Part shown: positions 11,841-21,229 of the stretch, one piece after another | How positions within the stretch are numbered: position 1 is the first letter of the stretch | How the letters are laid out: each line of letters begins with the position of its first letter | NCBI GenBank assembly: GCA_965202805.1 | Contig: OZ241869.1 | Coordinates: 832,001-896,000, forward strand | From: Longimicrobiales bacterium | GTDB lineage: Bacteria; Gemmatimonadota; Gemmatimonadetes; Longimicrobiales; Gaopeijiaceae | Direction of reading: 5' to 3' | DNA length: 64,000 nucleotides | Position numbers and translations under genes: made by a program | Notes under the pieces: generated by a model | Told to the model about the DNA's origin: nothing | Databases searched by the model: none | Seen by the model: the letters and a program-made list of their open reading frames with translations, nothing else

Positions 11841-13534
11841 GCGGCCCAATCGGCAACCGGCCGGTCACCGCCGGGGCTCTTCTCGCCGCGCTGATGGCAG
11901 GGTGCGCGCGCGAAGCCACGCCTCCCGGCGGCCCTCCCGACCGGCTCCCCCCGATCGTGATCCTGAGCGAGCCGGATACCTTCTCCACCGTGGAGCCCTT
12001 CCGGTCAGCCGTGACTCTCCGCTTCAGCGAGCGTATCAGCGAGCGGCCCAGCGCGGGCACCCTGGATCAGTCCGTGGTGGTGTCGCCGGCGTCGGGCGAG
12101 GTGCGGGTATCGCACGGGCGCGAGGGACTCGCGGTGCGCGTCCCCGGCGGATTCGAAGCCGGGCACGTCTACCGCGTGACGGTGCTGCCGGTCATTCAGG
12201 ACATGTTCGGCAATGCGCTTCAGGAACCGTTCGAGCTGTTTTTCTCGACCGGACCGGACTTCACCCCCAATGTCGTTGCCGGCTCGGTCATCGACCGGCT
12301 GACCGGCGAGCCTCTCCGCGACGCGCGGGTGGATGCGGCGGTCGCCGGGAGCGACGTGGTGCACACCGCCGTCACCGACAGCGCCGGGATCTTCGCCCTG
12401 CGCTACCTGCCGGCGGGCGATTTCGTGTTGAGCGCCTACCTCGACCGCAACCGCAACGCGCAGCCGGACTTCACCGAGCCCCAGGGGACGCGTCCCGCGC
12501 TGCTGGACGGCGACGGCGAGGCCGCCGACACCGCGATCGTGCTCGATGTGGCGCTGCTGGCCCGGGACACCACGTCGGCCCGGCTCGCGCGCGTCATCGT
12601 GGAGGATTCCATCAGCCTCAGCGTCTCGCTCGACGACTACCTCGATCCTGAGCGGCCGCTGGACGATGTGCGCGTCGTGGTCACTTCCGACAGCGTCGAC
12701 GCGCCCCGGCCCCTCGCCGTCCTCCATCAGCACGAGGCGGAAGCGTATCGGAGCGCGCTGGCGGACAGCCTTGCGCGGGAACAGGCGGTCCGGGACAGCG
12801 TGGCGCAGGCGCAGGCGGACTCGGCGGCCCGGGCGGAGGCCGCCGCAGGGGATACGACGACGGCGGCCGACCCCGAGGGCACGCCCGCGCCGGCGGAAGC
12901 GGAAGCCGGTCCGCCGCCGGCACCGGCGCAGGAGGTGGGGGGAGCCGGCGAAGCGGAGGAGGAACGGCCCACGGCCCAGCAGACCTTCATCGTCATTCTG
13001 GACGGAGTGCTGGTCCCCGAGATGCCCTACCAGGTCGAGGTATCGAACATCACCAACATCAATGGCGTGGGTGAAGGGGGGGGAACCGTCGACTTCACCC
13101 GTCCCGCGCCGCCACCGCCGCCCGAAGACACCACCCAGGCCGCGACGGACAGTGTTCCACCGGATACCATCCCCGCGGCGGCTGCGGGCGACACGCCCCC
13201 ACCCGTCGACACGCTGGGGCGCGACACCATCCCGGAGCAGGCGGCGCCCGCGGAAGCGACGCCCGGCGACACACCGGCCGTCCCGGCGGACTCGACCGCG
13301 CGCGACACCATTCCGCCGCCCTCGGCCGACTCCGTGCGCCGGGACACGATCCCTTCGCCGCCCGCCGACTCCATGCGCCGGGACACGGTATCGGCACCAC
13401 CCGGAGATTCGGCGCGCCGGGATACGGTCGCGGTTTCTCCGACCACGGCTTTCTTCCAGCGCGGCAGGCGGGCGCGGATGCTGCCGGCGTGGAGCCGGTT
13501 CTCCCGCCGCTGGCCGCGTCGCACAATCCGATGA
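11837..13534 (+). CDS. Ig-like (Big_5-type) domain lipoprotein with low-complexity D-S/T-rich tail
   Basis: Lipobox 'LMAG|C'; 'CA..TPPGGPPDRLPP', 'LRFSE', 'DMFGN...FSTG' Ig-like signatures; Ca-loop-like 'DRNRNAQPD'; Pro-rich tail. Confidence 0.75.
13286..13429 (+). repeat. 39-bp (13-aa) in-frame tandem repeat, about 3.7 copies
   Basis: Units start at 13286, 13325, 13364, 13403 and encode ADSTARDTIPPPS / ADSVRRDTIPSPP / ADSMRRDTVSAPP / GDSARRDTV. Confidence 0.85.
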
Positions 13535-14925
13535 CCGACCCGCGCCGCCATCTGCCCGGCGTCGACCGGGCGCTGGCATCAACCGCCTTCGCCGCGCTGC
13601 TCGCCGAACATCCGCGCCAGCGGGTCGTGCACCACCTGCGCTCCGCGCTGGACCACGTCAGGGAGAACCTTGCCCGCGGAACCGAGCGCGCCCCGCCGCC
13701 CATCCGCGATCTCGCCCGCGAAGTCGAAAAGGCCCTTGTCCTGGACGGCATCCCCTCCCTGCGGCCGGTGATCAACGCCACCGGCGTGGTGCTCCACACC
13801 AACCTGGGCCGGGCGCCCATCGCGCCTGTGGCCCGCTCCGCCATGGCACGCGCCGCCCGCGGATACGGCAACCTGGAGTTCGACCTTGAGCGCGGGAGCC
13901 GCGGATCCCGCTACGTCCACTGCGTACAGCTGCTGCGGGAGCTCACCGGCGCCGAAGCAGCCCTCGTGGTCAACAACGCCGCCGGCGCGCTGGTGCTCGG
14001 CATGAACACGCTGGCGGTGGGGAAGGAGGTGGCGGTTTCCCGGGGAGAGCTGGTTGAGATCGGGGGCGGCTTCCGAATCCCCGAGATCCTGGTCCGGAGC
14101 GGGGTCCGGCTGCGCGAGGTGGGGTCCACCAACCGCACCCGCATCGCCGACTACGAGGCAGCACTCGACACGGGCGACGTCGCGGCGCTGCTCAAGGTCC
14201 ACCGCTCCAACTTCCGCATCGAGGGGTTCACCGAGGAGGCCGGCGTCGCCGAGCTGGCGAAGCTGGCCGACCGACGGGGCGTCCACTTCTTCCACGACCT
14301 CGGCACCGGCCTGATGATGGACTCCGCCGCACTCGGGCTTCCGGGAGAACCGCGGGTGGCCGACAGTCTGGCGAACGGCGCGCACGTGGTCGGCTTCTCG
14401 GGAGACAAGCTTCTGGGCGGGCCGCAGGCCGGGATCCTCGTGGGCAGGACGGAACCGATCGCGAACATGCGGCAGAACCCGCTCTGCCGATCCCTGCGCG
14501 TCGACAAGGTGACGCTGGCGGGGCTGGAAGCGACCCTGCGTCTCTACCGCGATCCCGGACGCGCGCTGAGGGAGATCCCGGCGCTGCGCATGATCGCCTC
14601 TTCCCCGGAAGAGCTGCACGCACGAGCTCGACGCCTGACCGCCGCTCTCGAGGCTCGGGGCGTGGAAGCCCGGGTGAACCCCGGGACGTCGCTGGTCGGA
14701 GGCGGAACCTGTCCCGGGGTCGCCCTGGGCACCTTCGTCGTGGAACCGAAAACCGGCGCGCAGTCGGTGTCCGCCGTCGCCCGGCGCCTGAGACGCGGCG
14801 AGCCTCCCGTGCTCGCGCCCGTGGAGGGCAACCGCCTCAGCCTCGATCTGCGCACCGTCGAGCCCGAGGAGGAGGCACAGCTCGCGGAACGCGTGGTTCG
14901 GGCGTGTCTTGCGGACATCGATTGA
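13531..14925 (+). CDS. selA: L-seryl-tRNA(Sec) selenium transferase
   Basis: 'VINATGVVLHTNLGRAP', 'VSRGELVEIGGGFRIP', 'EVGSTNRT', PLP lysine motif 'FSGDKLLGGPQAG'. ATG at 13531 overlaps the upstream TGA. Confidence 0.96.
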   Translation: MTDPRRHLPGVDRALASTAFAALLAEHPRQRVVHHLRSALDHVRENLARGTERAPPPIRDLAREVEKALVLDGIPSLRPVINATGVVLHTNLGRAPIAPVARSAMARAARGYGNLEFDLERGSRGSRYVHCVQLLRELTGAEAALVVNNAAGALVLGMNTLAVGKEVAVSRGELVEIGGGFRIPEILVRSGVRLREVGSTNRTRIADYEAALDTGDVAALLKVHRSNFRIEGFTEEAGVAELAKLADRRGVHFFHDLGTGLMMDSAALGLPGEPRVADSLANGAHVVGFSGDKLLGGPQAGILVGRTEPIANMRQNPLCRSLRVDKVTLAGLEATLRLYRDPGRALREIPALRMIASSPEELHARARRLTAALEARGVEARVNPGTSLVGGGTCPGVALGTFVVEPKTGAQSVSAVARRLRRGEPPVLAPVEGNRLSLDLRTVEPEEEAQLAERVVRACLADID

Positions 14926-15064
14926 GGGCGCGATGTGTTCAGGGCCGCACGCCGACGGTTCGGGCGCCGGAGGAACTGCCGGCAGGGAAGGGGAACACCG
15001 AAGCGCCAGGCGGGTTTTGTCGATTTGATCCATTGGCCGGCGGAGCCGCACCCTGAGGAGCAGG

Positions 15065-15397
15065 ATGATGCAGATTACTCTGACGCCTGAAGCCACCACG
15101 AAGATCAGGCAGTTTCTGGAAGACCATGACTCCCGGTCCCGGGCCGGCCTGCGTGTCGCCGTGCTTCCGGGCGGATGCTCGGGCTTTCAGTACGGCCTCA
15201 ATATCGAAGAAGCGCCCGAGGACGACGACGAAGTGCTGGAACTCGACGACTTCCGGGTTTTCGTCGACCCGTTCAGCGCCCAGTACCTCGAGGGTGTGCA
15301 GATCGACTACGTGTCCAGCATGATGGGACAGGGCTTCAGCTTCACCAACCCCCAGGCCTCGGGCGGATGCGGCTGCGGAAGCTCGTTTACGGTCTGA
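15065..15397 (+). CDS. A-type Fe-S carrier protein (IscA/ErpA/HesB family)
   Basis: 'GGCSGFQY' and 'CGCGSSF'; GAGGAG RBS. Confidence 0.95.
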   Translation: MMQITLTPEATTKIRQFLEDHDSRSRAGLRVAVLPGGCSGFQYGLNIEEAPEDDDEVLELDDFRVFVDPFSAQYLEGVQIDYVSSMMGQGFSFTNPQASGGCGCGSSFTV

Positions 15398-15473
15398 TCC
15401 CGCCCCCGGTCCGAGCCGGCCGCCGCGGCAGTCCACGGGCTGCCGGGACCACTGTAGCGGAAAGATCACGCAG

Positions 15474-16130
15474 GTGATTCGTCTGCGGACCTTCACCGGC
15501 GCGGACGACTTCCAGCAGAACGCCTGGCTGGCCGTCTGTAGCGCAACCGGCGAGACCCTGGTCATCGATCCCGGCGCAGCGGCGCCGGACATGTGTCGCG
15601 TGATCGAGGCGGAGCAGTTGGCCGTGAAGGCAGTCATCCTGACCCACGCCCATCTGGATCATGTCGAAGGGCTGCCCGACATCCGCACCGTCACGGATGC
15701 CCCCATCTTCCTCCACCCGGCCGACGCTTTCCTCTACCGGGCCGCGACGGAACAGGCAGCCGCATTCGGAGTGCGCGCGCCACGGCTGCCCGCCGTCGAC
15801 GAGGAACTTGCCCACGGGGACGAGCTCGGCTTCGGACGGTGCGCGTTTCGCGTACGCCACGCCCCCGGTCACTCCCCCGGTCATGTCGTGCTGGTCAACG
15901 AGGACGAGCGGGTCGCCGTCGTGGCGGATGTCGTATTCGCGGGTTCGATCGGGCGCACCGATCTCCCGGGGGGAAACATGCAGCAGTTGCTGCACTCGAT
16001 TCGCCAGCAGGTGCTGACGCTCGCGGACGACACCCGTCTGCTCACCGGACACGGCCCCGAGACCACGGTGGGATGGGAGCGGCGCACCAATCCCTTTCTG
16101 ATGCCCTTCCAGGGAGGCGAGTTCGTGTGA
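15474..16130 (+). CDS. MBL-fold metallo-hydrolase (glyoxalase II/YcbL-like)
   Basis: 'THAHLDH', 'PGHSPG', 'GSIGRTDLPGG', 'GHGPETT'. Confidence 0.93.
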   Translation: MIRLRTFTGADDFQQNAWLAVCSATGETLVIDPGAAAPDMCRVIEAEQLAVKAVILTHAHLDHVEGLPDIRTVTDAPIFLHPADAFLYRAATEQAAAFGVRAPRLPAVDEELAHGDELGFGRCAFRVRHAPGHSPGHVVLVNEDERVAVVADVVFAGSIGRTDLPGGNMQQLLHSIRQQVLTLADDTRLLTGHGPETTVGWERRTNPFLMPFQGGEFV

Positions 16131-16825
16131 CCCTGCCGGTGGCGGTCTTCGCGTCGGGTTCGGGCTCGAACCTGCAGGCCATCCTCGACCACCACGCCAC
16201 CCTCGACGCACCACCCTGGCGTGTCGAGCTCGTCATCAGCGACCAGGAGGACGCCAGAGCGCTCCGGCGCGCCAGCCGTTCCGGGATCCGGTCGCGTTTT
16301 CTCCCGGTCGCGGGGCGACCGTCCGGCGATGTCGCCGGCGAGACGCTGGGCATCCTGCGTTCCGCCGATATCGGGCTCATCGCGCTCGCGGGCTATCTCC
16401 GGCTCATCCCCGCGGACGTCGTCGGAGCATTCCGTGAGAGGATCGTCAACATCCACCCCGCGCTCCTCCCGGCTTTCGGAGGAAAGGGGATGTACGGGAT
16501 GCGCGTGCACGAGGCGGTGCTGGCGTCGGGCGCGCGGGTCACCGGGCCCACCGTGCACCTGGTAGACGAGGAGTACGATCGGGGCCCGATCGTCGCGCAG
16601 TGGCCGGTGCCGGTGCGTGCAGGCGACGACCCGCGCGTGCTCGCCGCCCGGGTGCTTCGCGTCGAGCACCTCCTCTATCCCCGGGTCGTGGACCATCTCG
16701 GCCGCGCTCTCGCCCGAGGGTGCCGGCCCACGCCCTTTTCGCCGCCCGGAGCCGCGTTCCTGGCGAAGTCGGAGACCGGAGCCGGTGTCGAGCGCTCGAT
16801 TACCGCCGGTTTCGCCGGGGACTAG
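16127..16825 (+). CDS. purN: Phosphoribosylglycinamide formyltransferase
   Basis: 'ASGSGSNLQA', 'LAGYLRL', 'NIHPALLP', 'EYDRGPI'. GTG at 16127 overlaps the upstream stop. Confidence 0.96.
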   Translation: MTLPVAVFASGSGSNLQAILDHHATLDAPPWRVELVISDQEDARALRRASRSGIRSRFLPVAGRPSGDVAGETLGILRSADIGLIALAGYLRLIPADVVGAFRERIVNIHPALLPAFGGKGMYGMRVHEAVLASGARVTGPTVHLVDEEYDRGPIVAQWPVPVRAGDDPRVLAARVLRVEHLLYPRVVDHLGRALARGCRPTPFSPPGAAFLAKSETGAGVERSITAGFAGD

Positions 16826-16856
16826 CGCCGGCCCTGCACGCCACGGAGGAGCGAAC

Positions 16857-18578
16857 ATGACTCGAAGACGGGCGCTGCTGAGCGTCTCGGACAAGAGCGG
16901 GATCGAAGAGTTCGCCCGCGGCCTCGTCGGCCGCGGATGGGAGATCGTCTCGACCGGGGGCACGGCGCGTGTGCTCGCCGGCGCGGGGCTTCCCGTCATA
17001 CAGGTGGCAGAGGTCACGTCACACCCGGAAATGATGGACGGGCGGGTCAAGACCCTGCACCCGGCCATCCATGCGGGGATCCTGGCCCGGGGCGGGAACC
17101 GCGACGACGACGACGCCCTCGCGGCACGGGGCTACGCGCCCGTGGGCCTGGTCGCGGTCAACCTCTACCCCTTCCAGGAGACCGTGGCGAAGGGCGGGGT
17201 GTCGGTGGGCGACGCGATGGAGCAGGTGGACATCGGCGGACCCACCATGATCCGGGCGGCGGCCAAGAACCACGCCGACGTGTGGGCCATCGTGGATCCC
17301 GGAGACTACCCGCGCGTGCTCGCGGTCCTCGACAGGGAAGAAGACGCCCGCGCGCTTCGCCGGGAGCTGGCGGTGAAGGTGTTTGCACACGCGAGTGCGT
17401 ACGATGACGCCGTGGCGGAATGGTTGGGGAGGTCCGCCGGGGAGGACAATGGAACCCGCGCGGACGCGGACGAGCCGGCCCCTGGCGCGCGCACAGCCGG
17501 AGTGTTCCCGGTCGACCTTGCCCTGACCGCCGAACTCGGGGGTACGCTGCGCTACGGCGAGAACCCGGACCAGGAGGCGGCCTTCTACCGCTGGCGCGGA
17601 CACGCGGGCGTGGGGCTGGCCGGTCTCGAGCAACTGCACGGCAAGGCGCTCTCGTACAACAACTACCTCGACCTCGACGGCGCGCTCCACTGTCTCGCCC
17701 CGTTCGCATTCTCGTCGCGGCCGGCCGTGTGCATCGTCAAGCACACCACGCCCGCGGGGATGGCGCTCGCGGAGACACTCGAGGAGGCCTACCTGCGCGC
17801 GCTCCGCACCGACCCGGTGAGCGCCTTCGGGTCCGTCATCGCGGTCAACCGGCGAATCGATGCCGCCACCGCCGCACACATGTCGGAACTCTTCATCGAG
17901 TGCCTGGTCGCGCCGGCCTTCGATGACGGGGCGATGAGGATCCTGACCCGCAAACCGAGCCTGCGGCTGCTCGCCATGTCCGGCGATCCGGTCGCTCGCG
18001 ACGCCCTCCCCCTCGATCCGGACCGCATCGACTGGTGGCGGAAGGCTTCACCCGGGCACCGCGCTCCGGCGGCATTCCTCGCGGCGCACGCCCGCCTGCC
18101 CGAGCCGAGAACGCTGCGCACCGTGTCCGGCGGCCTGCTGGCTCAATCGGTGCCTCCGCCGCCCTTCTACGGGCTCGAGAGCAGAGAGTGGCGGGTCGTC
18201 ACCCGGCGCACCCCGACCGCGCGCGAACTCGACGACCTGGACTTCGCCTGGTCGGCGGTCGCGGGGGTCAAGTCGAACGCAATCCTGCTTGCACGCGGCG
18301 GCGCCACGCTGGGCATCGGCATGGGACAGGTGAGCCGGGTGGACGCCTCCGAACTGGCGGTCCGAAAGGCCGCCGCCGCCGACCTCGACCTGGCCGGCTG
18401 CGCTCTCGCCTCGGATGCCTTCTTCCCCTTCCGGGACGGTGTCGACGCGGCGGCCGCGGCGGGGGTGCGCGCCATCGTGCAGCCGGGCGGTTCGGTCCGC
18501 GACGAAGAGGTCATCGCCGCCGCGGACGAGCACGAGATCGCGATGACCTTTACGGGGAGGCGGCTCTTCCGCCACTGA
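16857..18578 (+). CDS. purH: Bifunctional AICAR transformylase/IMP cyclohydrolase
   Basis: 'RALLSVSDK', 'STGGTA', 'GRVKTLHP', '[14 protein letters not shown]', 'LRYGENP', 'ASDAFFPF', 'TGRRLFRH'; GGAGGA RBS. Confidence 0.97.
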   Translation: MTRRRALLSVSDKSGIEEFARGLVGRGWEIVSTGGTARVLAGAGLPVIQVAEVTSHPEMMDGRVKTLHPAIHAGILARGGNRDDDDALAARGYAPVGLVAVNLYPFQETVAKGGVSVGDAMEQVDIGGPTMIRAAAKNHADVWAIVDPGDYPRVLAVLDREEDARALRRELAVKVFAHASAYDDAVAEWLGRSAGEDNGTRADADEPAPGARTAGVFPVDLALTAELGGTLRYGENPDQEAAFYRWRGHAGVGLAGLEQLHGKALSYNNYLDLDGALHCLAPFAFSSRPAVCIVKHTTPAGMALAETLEEAYLRALRTDPVSAFGSVIAVNRRIDAATAAHMSELFIECLVAPAFDDGAMRILTRKPSLRLLAMSGDPVARDALPLDPDRIDWWRKASPGHRAPAAFLAAHARLPEPRTLRTVSGGLLAQSVPPPPFYGLESREWRVVTRRTPTARELDDLDFAWSAVAGVKSNAILLARGGATLGIGMGQVSRVDASELAVRKAAAADLDLAGCALASDAFFPFRDGVDAAAAAGVRAIVQPGGSVRDEEVIAAADEHEIAMTFTGRRLFRH

Positions 18579-18625
18579 CCGGCCGCGGTCTCCCCACGCG
18601 GGCGGCCCGTCCCCCCGCCTGTTGT

Positions 18626-18668
18626 GCGCCCTGCCGGCCCCGAAGACATCCTCCCGCCGGCAGGGTGC
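18626..18668. terminator. GC-rich inverted repeat between convergent purH and the small transposase-derived ORF (possible bidirectional terminator)
   Basis: Arms gcgccctgccggc (18626-18638) and gccggcagggtgc (18656-18668): 13-bp stem with one G-U pair. No clear U-tract. Confidence 0.4.
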
Positions 18669-18689
18669 CGCGGCGGGTCCGGCTGTCCG

Positions 18690-18989
18690 CTACGCGGTTC
18701 TCGAGTTCCGCGCCGTACCGCGACGGTCCCGGATGGCGCCGGTCTCGCGATGCTGGGCAATCAGTCGGGTCAATTGGGCACGCGAGAAACCTGTCACTCT
18801 GGCCAGGAAGGTCTTTAGCAGGCTCTTGTCGCGTTTCCTGAGGTCGTGATATTCGAATCTGTCCATTGTCCTGCAAATGAATTCGTATATGGATTCACGG
18901 CTGTCAGCCTGCAACATCGGGGTGTCGGCAACCTTCAGGAAACGTCGGACCTGGTCGAGAGTGCGAATACGTGTAATGCGGCGCATCAC
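18690..18989 (-). mobile_element. Stand-alone N-terminal (putative HTH) segment of a DDE/integrase-core transposase; no catalytic domain
   Basis: 'RIRTLDQVRRFL...[61 protein letters not shown]' resembles N-termini of an rve-type IS transposase family (recalled, not searched). AGGAG RBS upstream; visibly lower-GC islet. Confidence 0.65.
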
Positions 18990-19029
18990 CGTTCACTCCT
19001 CTTGGTTCAAGGATATCCAGGAGCCGTAT

Positions 19030-19139
19030 TTCAGACTCACTATTCTCAAGATTCGGGCTCATTTTTGTCATCTGCCGGCCTGAATCAGCTCCCAAATGCC
19101 ACCCTGCCAATGTGGGTCTATGTCTCTGTTTCGGGCTCA
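19030..19139. repeat. Three direct repeats TTCRGRCTCA upstream of the transposase-derived ORF
   Basis: ttcagactca 19030-19039, ttcgggctca 19052-19061, ttcgggctca 19130-19139, each followed by an AT-rich stretch. Confidence 0.7.
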
Positions 19140-19486
19140 TATTCCAGGTACGGATCTTTTACGTGCGGCAGAGAATACCCCCATAGTCGGTTCAGTCCCT
19201 CGGGGACCGAGCCCTGTCACCGGCTATTCTTGCAAGTGCCGTGCCGCATCATGGCTCTGACATGCCGCTGCGGCCCCCGGGCGTTCTCCGGCGCCGCACC
19301 GTTCCGCTCGCCCGGCCCTCCGGACTCCGGCTACGCCGGGATCACCCGAATCGAAGACACTGCCGCCGGTGATCTCCCGCGCCAGGCGATCGCCTCCAGG
19401 GGCAGGGTTCGCGGGCCCCCTGCGGAAGGTGTTGCCGGCCTGTGGCGCACCAGCAGAATCGGCTCGCAGGGCCACTCCGTGCCGGG

Positions 19487-19515
19487 TTGACCGGGTCGGG
19501 GCGCATCGGTAGCTT
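19487..19515 (+). promoter_or_regulatory. Putative sigma70 promoter of the nuo operon
   Basis: TTGACC (19487-19492), 17-bp spacer, TAGCTT (19510-19515), about 50 bp before nuoA. Confidence 0.55.
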
Positions 19516-19563
19516 TCTGCCACCCGGACTCCTGCGAAACCTCCTGCACACGCGGGCGACTCG

Positions 19564-19920
19564 ATGTCGGACGCCTACCTCCCGATTCTGCTCATCTTCG
19601 GGGTCTCCGCCCTCAACGCGGTCTTCATGGTAGCTCTGTCGCACATCCTCAACCCTCGCAGGCCAACTCCCCAGAAGGCAATGCCTTACGAGTCCGGCAT
19701 GATTCCGCTGGGCGACACGCGGGCTCGCTTTTCGGTCAAGTTCTATCTCGTCGCCATCAGCTTCATCGTCTTCGACCTGGAAGCGGTCTTCCTCATCCCC
19801 TGGGCGGTGGAAATGCGCGCGCTGGGATGGAGCGGATTCGTGGCTGCTTCCATCTTCGTGGCGGTGCTCACCGCGGGGCTGGTGTACGAGTGGAAGAAAG
19901 GAGGCCTGGATTGGGACTGA
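19564..19920 (+). CDS. nuoA: NADH-quinone oxidoreductase subunit A
   Basis: 'PYESG', '[14 protein letters not shown]', '[10 protein letters not shown]'. Confidence 0.97.
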   Translation: MSDAYLPILLIFGVSALNAVFMVALSHILNPRRPTPQKAMPYESGMIPLGDTRARFSVKFYLVAISFIVFDLEAVFLIPWAVEMRALGWSGFVAASIFVAVLTAGLVYEWKKGGLDWD

Positions 19921-20603
19921 GCGAACAACCAGCTGAACGCCTTCCCGTGGCTTCCTCGCCGCCAGGCGGGGTCCTCGGCGCGGGAACGCCGACCTTTCTG
20001 ACCACGCGCCTCGACTTCGTCGTCAACTGGGCCCGCCGCAACTCGCTCTGGCCCATGCCCTTCGGCACCGCCTGCTGTGCCATCGAGATGATGGCGGCTG
20101 CCGCGAGCAACTTCGACCTGGCCCGCTTCGGGATGGAGCGCATGTCGTTCAGTCCCCGCCAGGCCGACGTGCTCATCTGTGCGGGGCGGGTACCCTACAA
20201 GCTGGCGCCCGTACTGCGCCGCATCTGGGACCAGATGCCGCAGCCCAAGTGGGCCGTCTCGATGGGCGCCTGCGCCTCGTCGGGGGGCGTGTTCGACGTC
20301 TATTCGATGGTGCAGGGGATCGACACCATCATCCCCGTGGACGTCTACGTGCCAGGTTGTCCGCCGAGACCGGAGGGGCTCATATACGGGCTCATGATGA
20401 TCCAGGAGAAGATCCGCCAGGAGCGCCTGAGCGAGCACGACGCTCTGCGCGCCGAAGACCCGGCGGCGGTGGCCCGGGCGCGCGCCGACGCCGAAGAGGT
20501 GCTGGCACTCTCGGGACCCTTCGGCAATTCGACCCGGCAGAACCGGGTGAGCGGGCCCACCGGATCCGACGCCTCCGACCGGCCCGACGACCGCATTCCG
20601 TGA
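19911..20603 (+). CDS. nuoB: NADH-quinone oxidoreductase subunit B
   Basis: '[10 protein letters not shown]', 'SPRQAD', 'MGACASSGG', 'VPGCPPRPE'. TTG start inferred from the AGGAGG RBS. Confidence 0.96.
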   Translation: MGLSEQPAERLPVASSPPGGVLGAGTPTFLTTRLDFVVNWARRNSLWPMPFGTACCAIEMMAAAASNFDLARFGMERMSFSPRQADVLICAGRVPYKLAPVLRRIWDQMPQPKWAVSMGACASSGGVFDVYSMVQGIDTIIPVDVYVPGCPPRPEGLIYGLMMIQEKIRQERLSEHDALRAEDPAAVARARADAEEVLALSGPFGNSTRQNRVSGPTGSDASDRPDDRIP

Positions 20604-21229
20604 CCCGACCCGACCGCGACGGAATGCCCGCGTCCCCGACCGTCGAGGCTCTGCGCGCGGTGTTTCCCGACGCCGTGGTGCACGATCTGGTGCAGTCGGG
20701 AGACCAGCAGGTGGTCTACATCGATCCCGCGCGCAACGCGGAGGTGCTGGACTGGTTGCGCACCGACCCCGGCGAGCGCTTCAACCTGCTGGTCGACGTT
20801 ACCGCGGTCGACTACGGCGACGGACGCCCGCTCGAGGTCGTCTACCAGCTCTGGTCCATACCGCACCGCAAGGCGCTGCGCGTGAAGTGCGAACTCCCGC
20901 TTTCCCGCCTCGCGATCGCCTCGGTGACCGCTCTCTGGAGCGCGGCCGACTGGCTCGAACGCGAAGTCTACGATCTGTTCGGGATCGAGTTCCAGGGACA
21001 CCCGGACCTGCGCCGCATTCTCATGCCCGAGAATTACGCCGAAGGCCATCCCCTGCGGAAGGACTTCCCGCTGCGCGGCCGTTTCTCCCGCGCAGAGCAG
21101 ACCCGGCGCGCCCTCTCCCAGGACATGGAGCAGTACTACATGCCGGAGGAGATGGAGGGCCGTGGCGCCCCCCAGCTGGTCCCGGCGGACGAATCGCCAA
21201 CCTCCGCCTCGGGAAGCCAGGGCCGGTGA
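20600..21229 (+). CDS. nuoC: NADH-quinone oxidoreductase subunit C
   Basis: '[28 protein letters not shown]...HPLRKDFPL'. Confidence 0.96.
   Translation: MTRPDRDGMPASPTVEALRAVFPDAVVHDLVQSGDQQVVYIDPARNAEVLDWLRTDPGERFNLLVDVTAVDYGDGRPLEVVYQLWSIPHRKALRVKCELPLSRLAIASVTALWSAADWLEREVYDLFGIEFQGHPDLRRILMPENYAEGHPLRKDFPLRGRFSRAEQTRRALSQDMEQYYMPEEMEGRGAPQLVPADESPTSASGSQGR

Noticed and set aside
14926..15064. Possible tRNA-Sec or riboswitch after selA
   Set aside because: I could not build a cloverleaf with a UCA anticodon or recognise a riboswitch core. An Infernal/Rfam scan would settle it.
15065..15473. Selenocysteine read-through of the HesB/IscA gene (TGA stop followed by a hairpin at 15426-15445)
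   Set aside because: All three conserved Cys are ordinary Cys codons and the TGA falls at the normal C-terminus. The hairpin is more likely a terminator or processing stem.
16826..16856. ZTP riboswitch upstream of purH
   Set aside because: The gap is only 31 bp and purN overlaps the gene before it, so there is no room for the aptamer.
18846..19490. 214-aa plus-strand ORF in the low-GC islet
   Set aside because: No motifs or RBS, and it overlaps the better-supported minus-strand ORF and the nuo promoter region.
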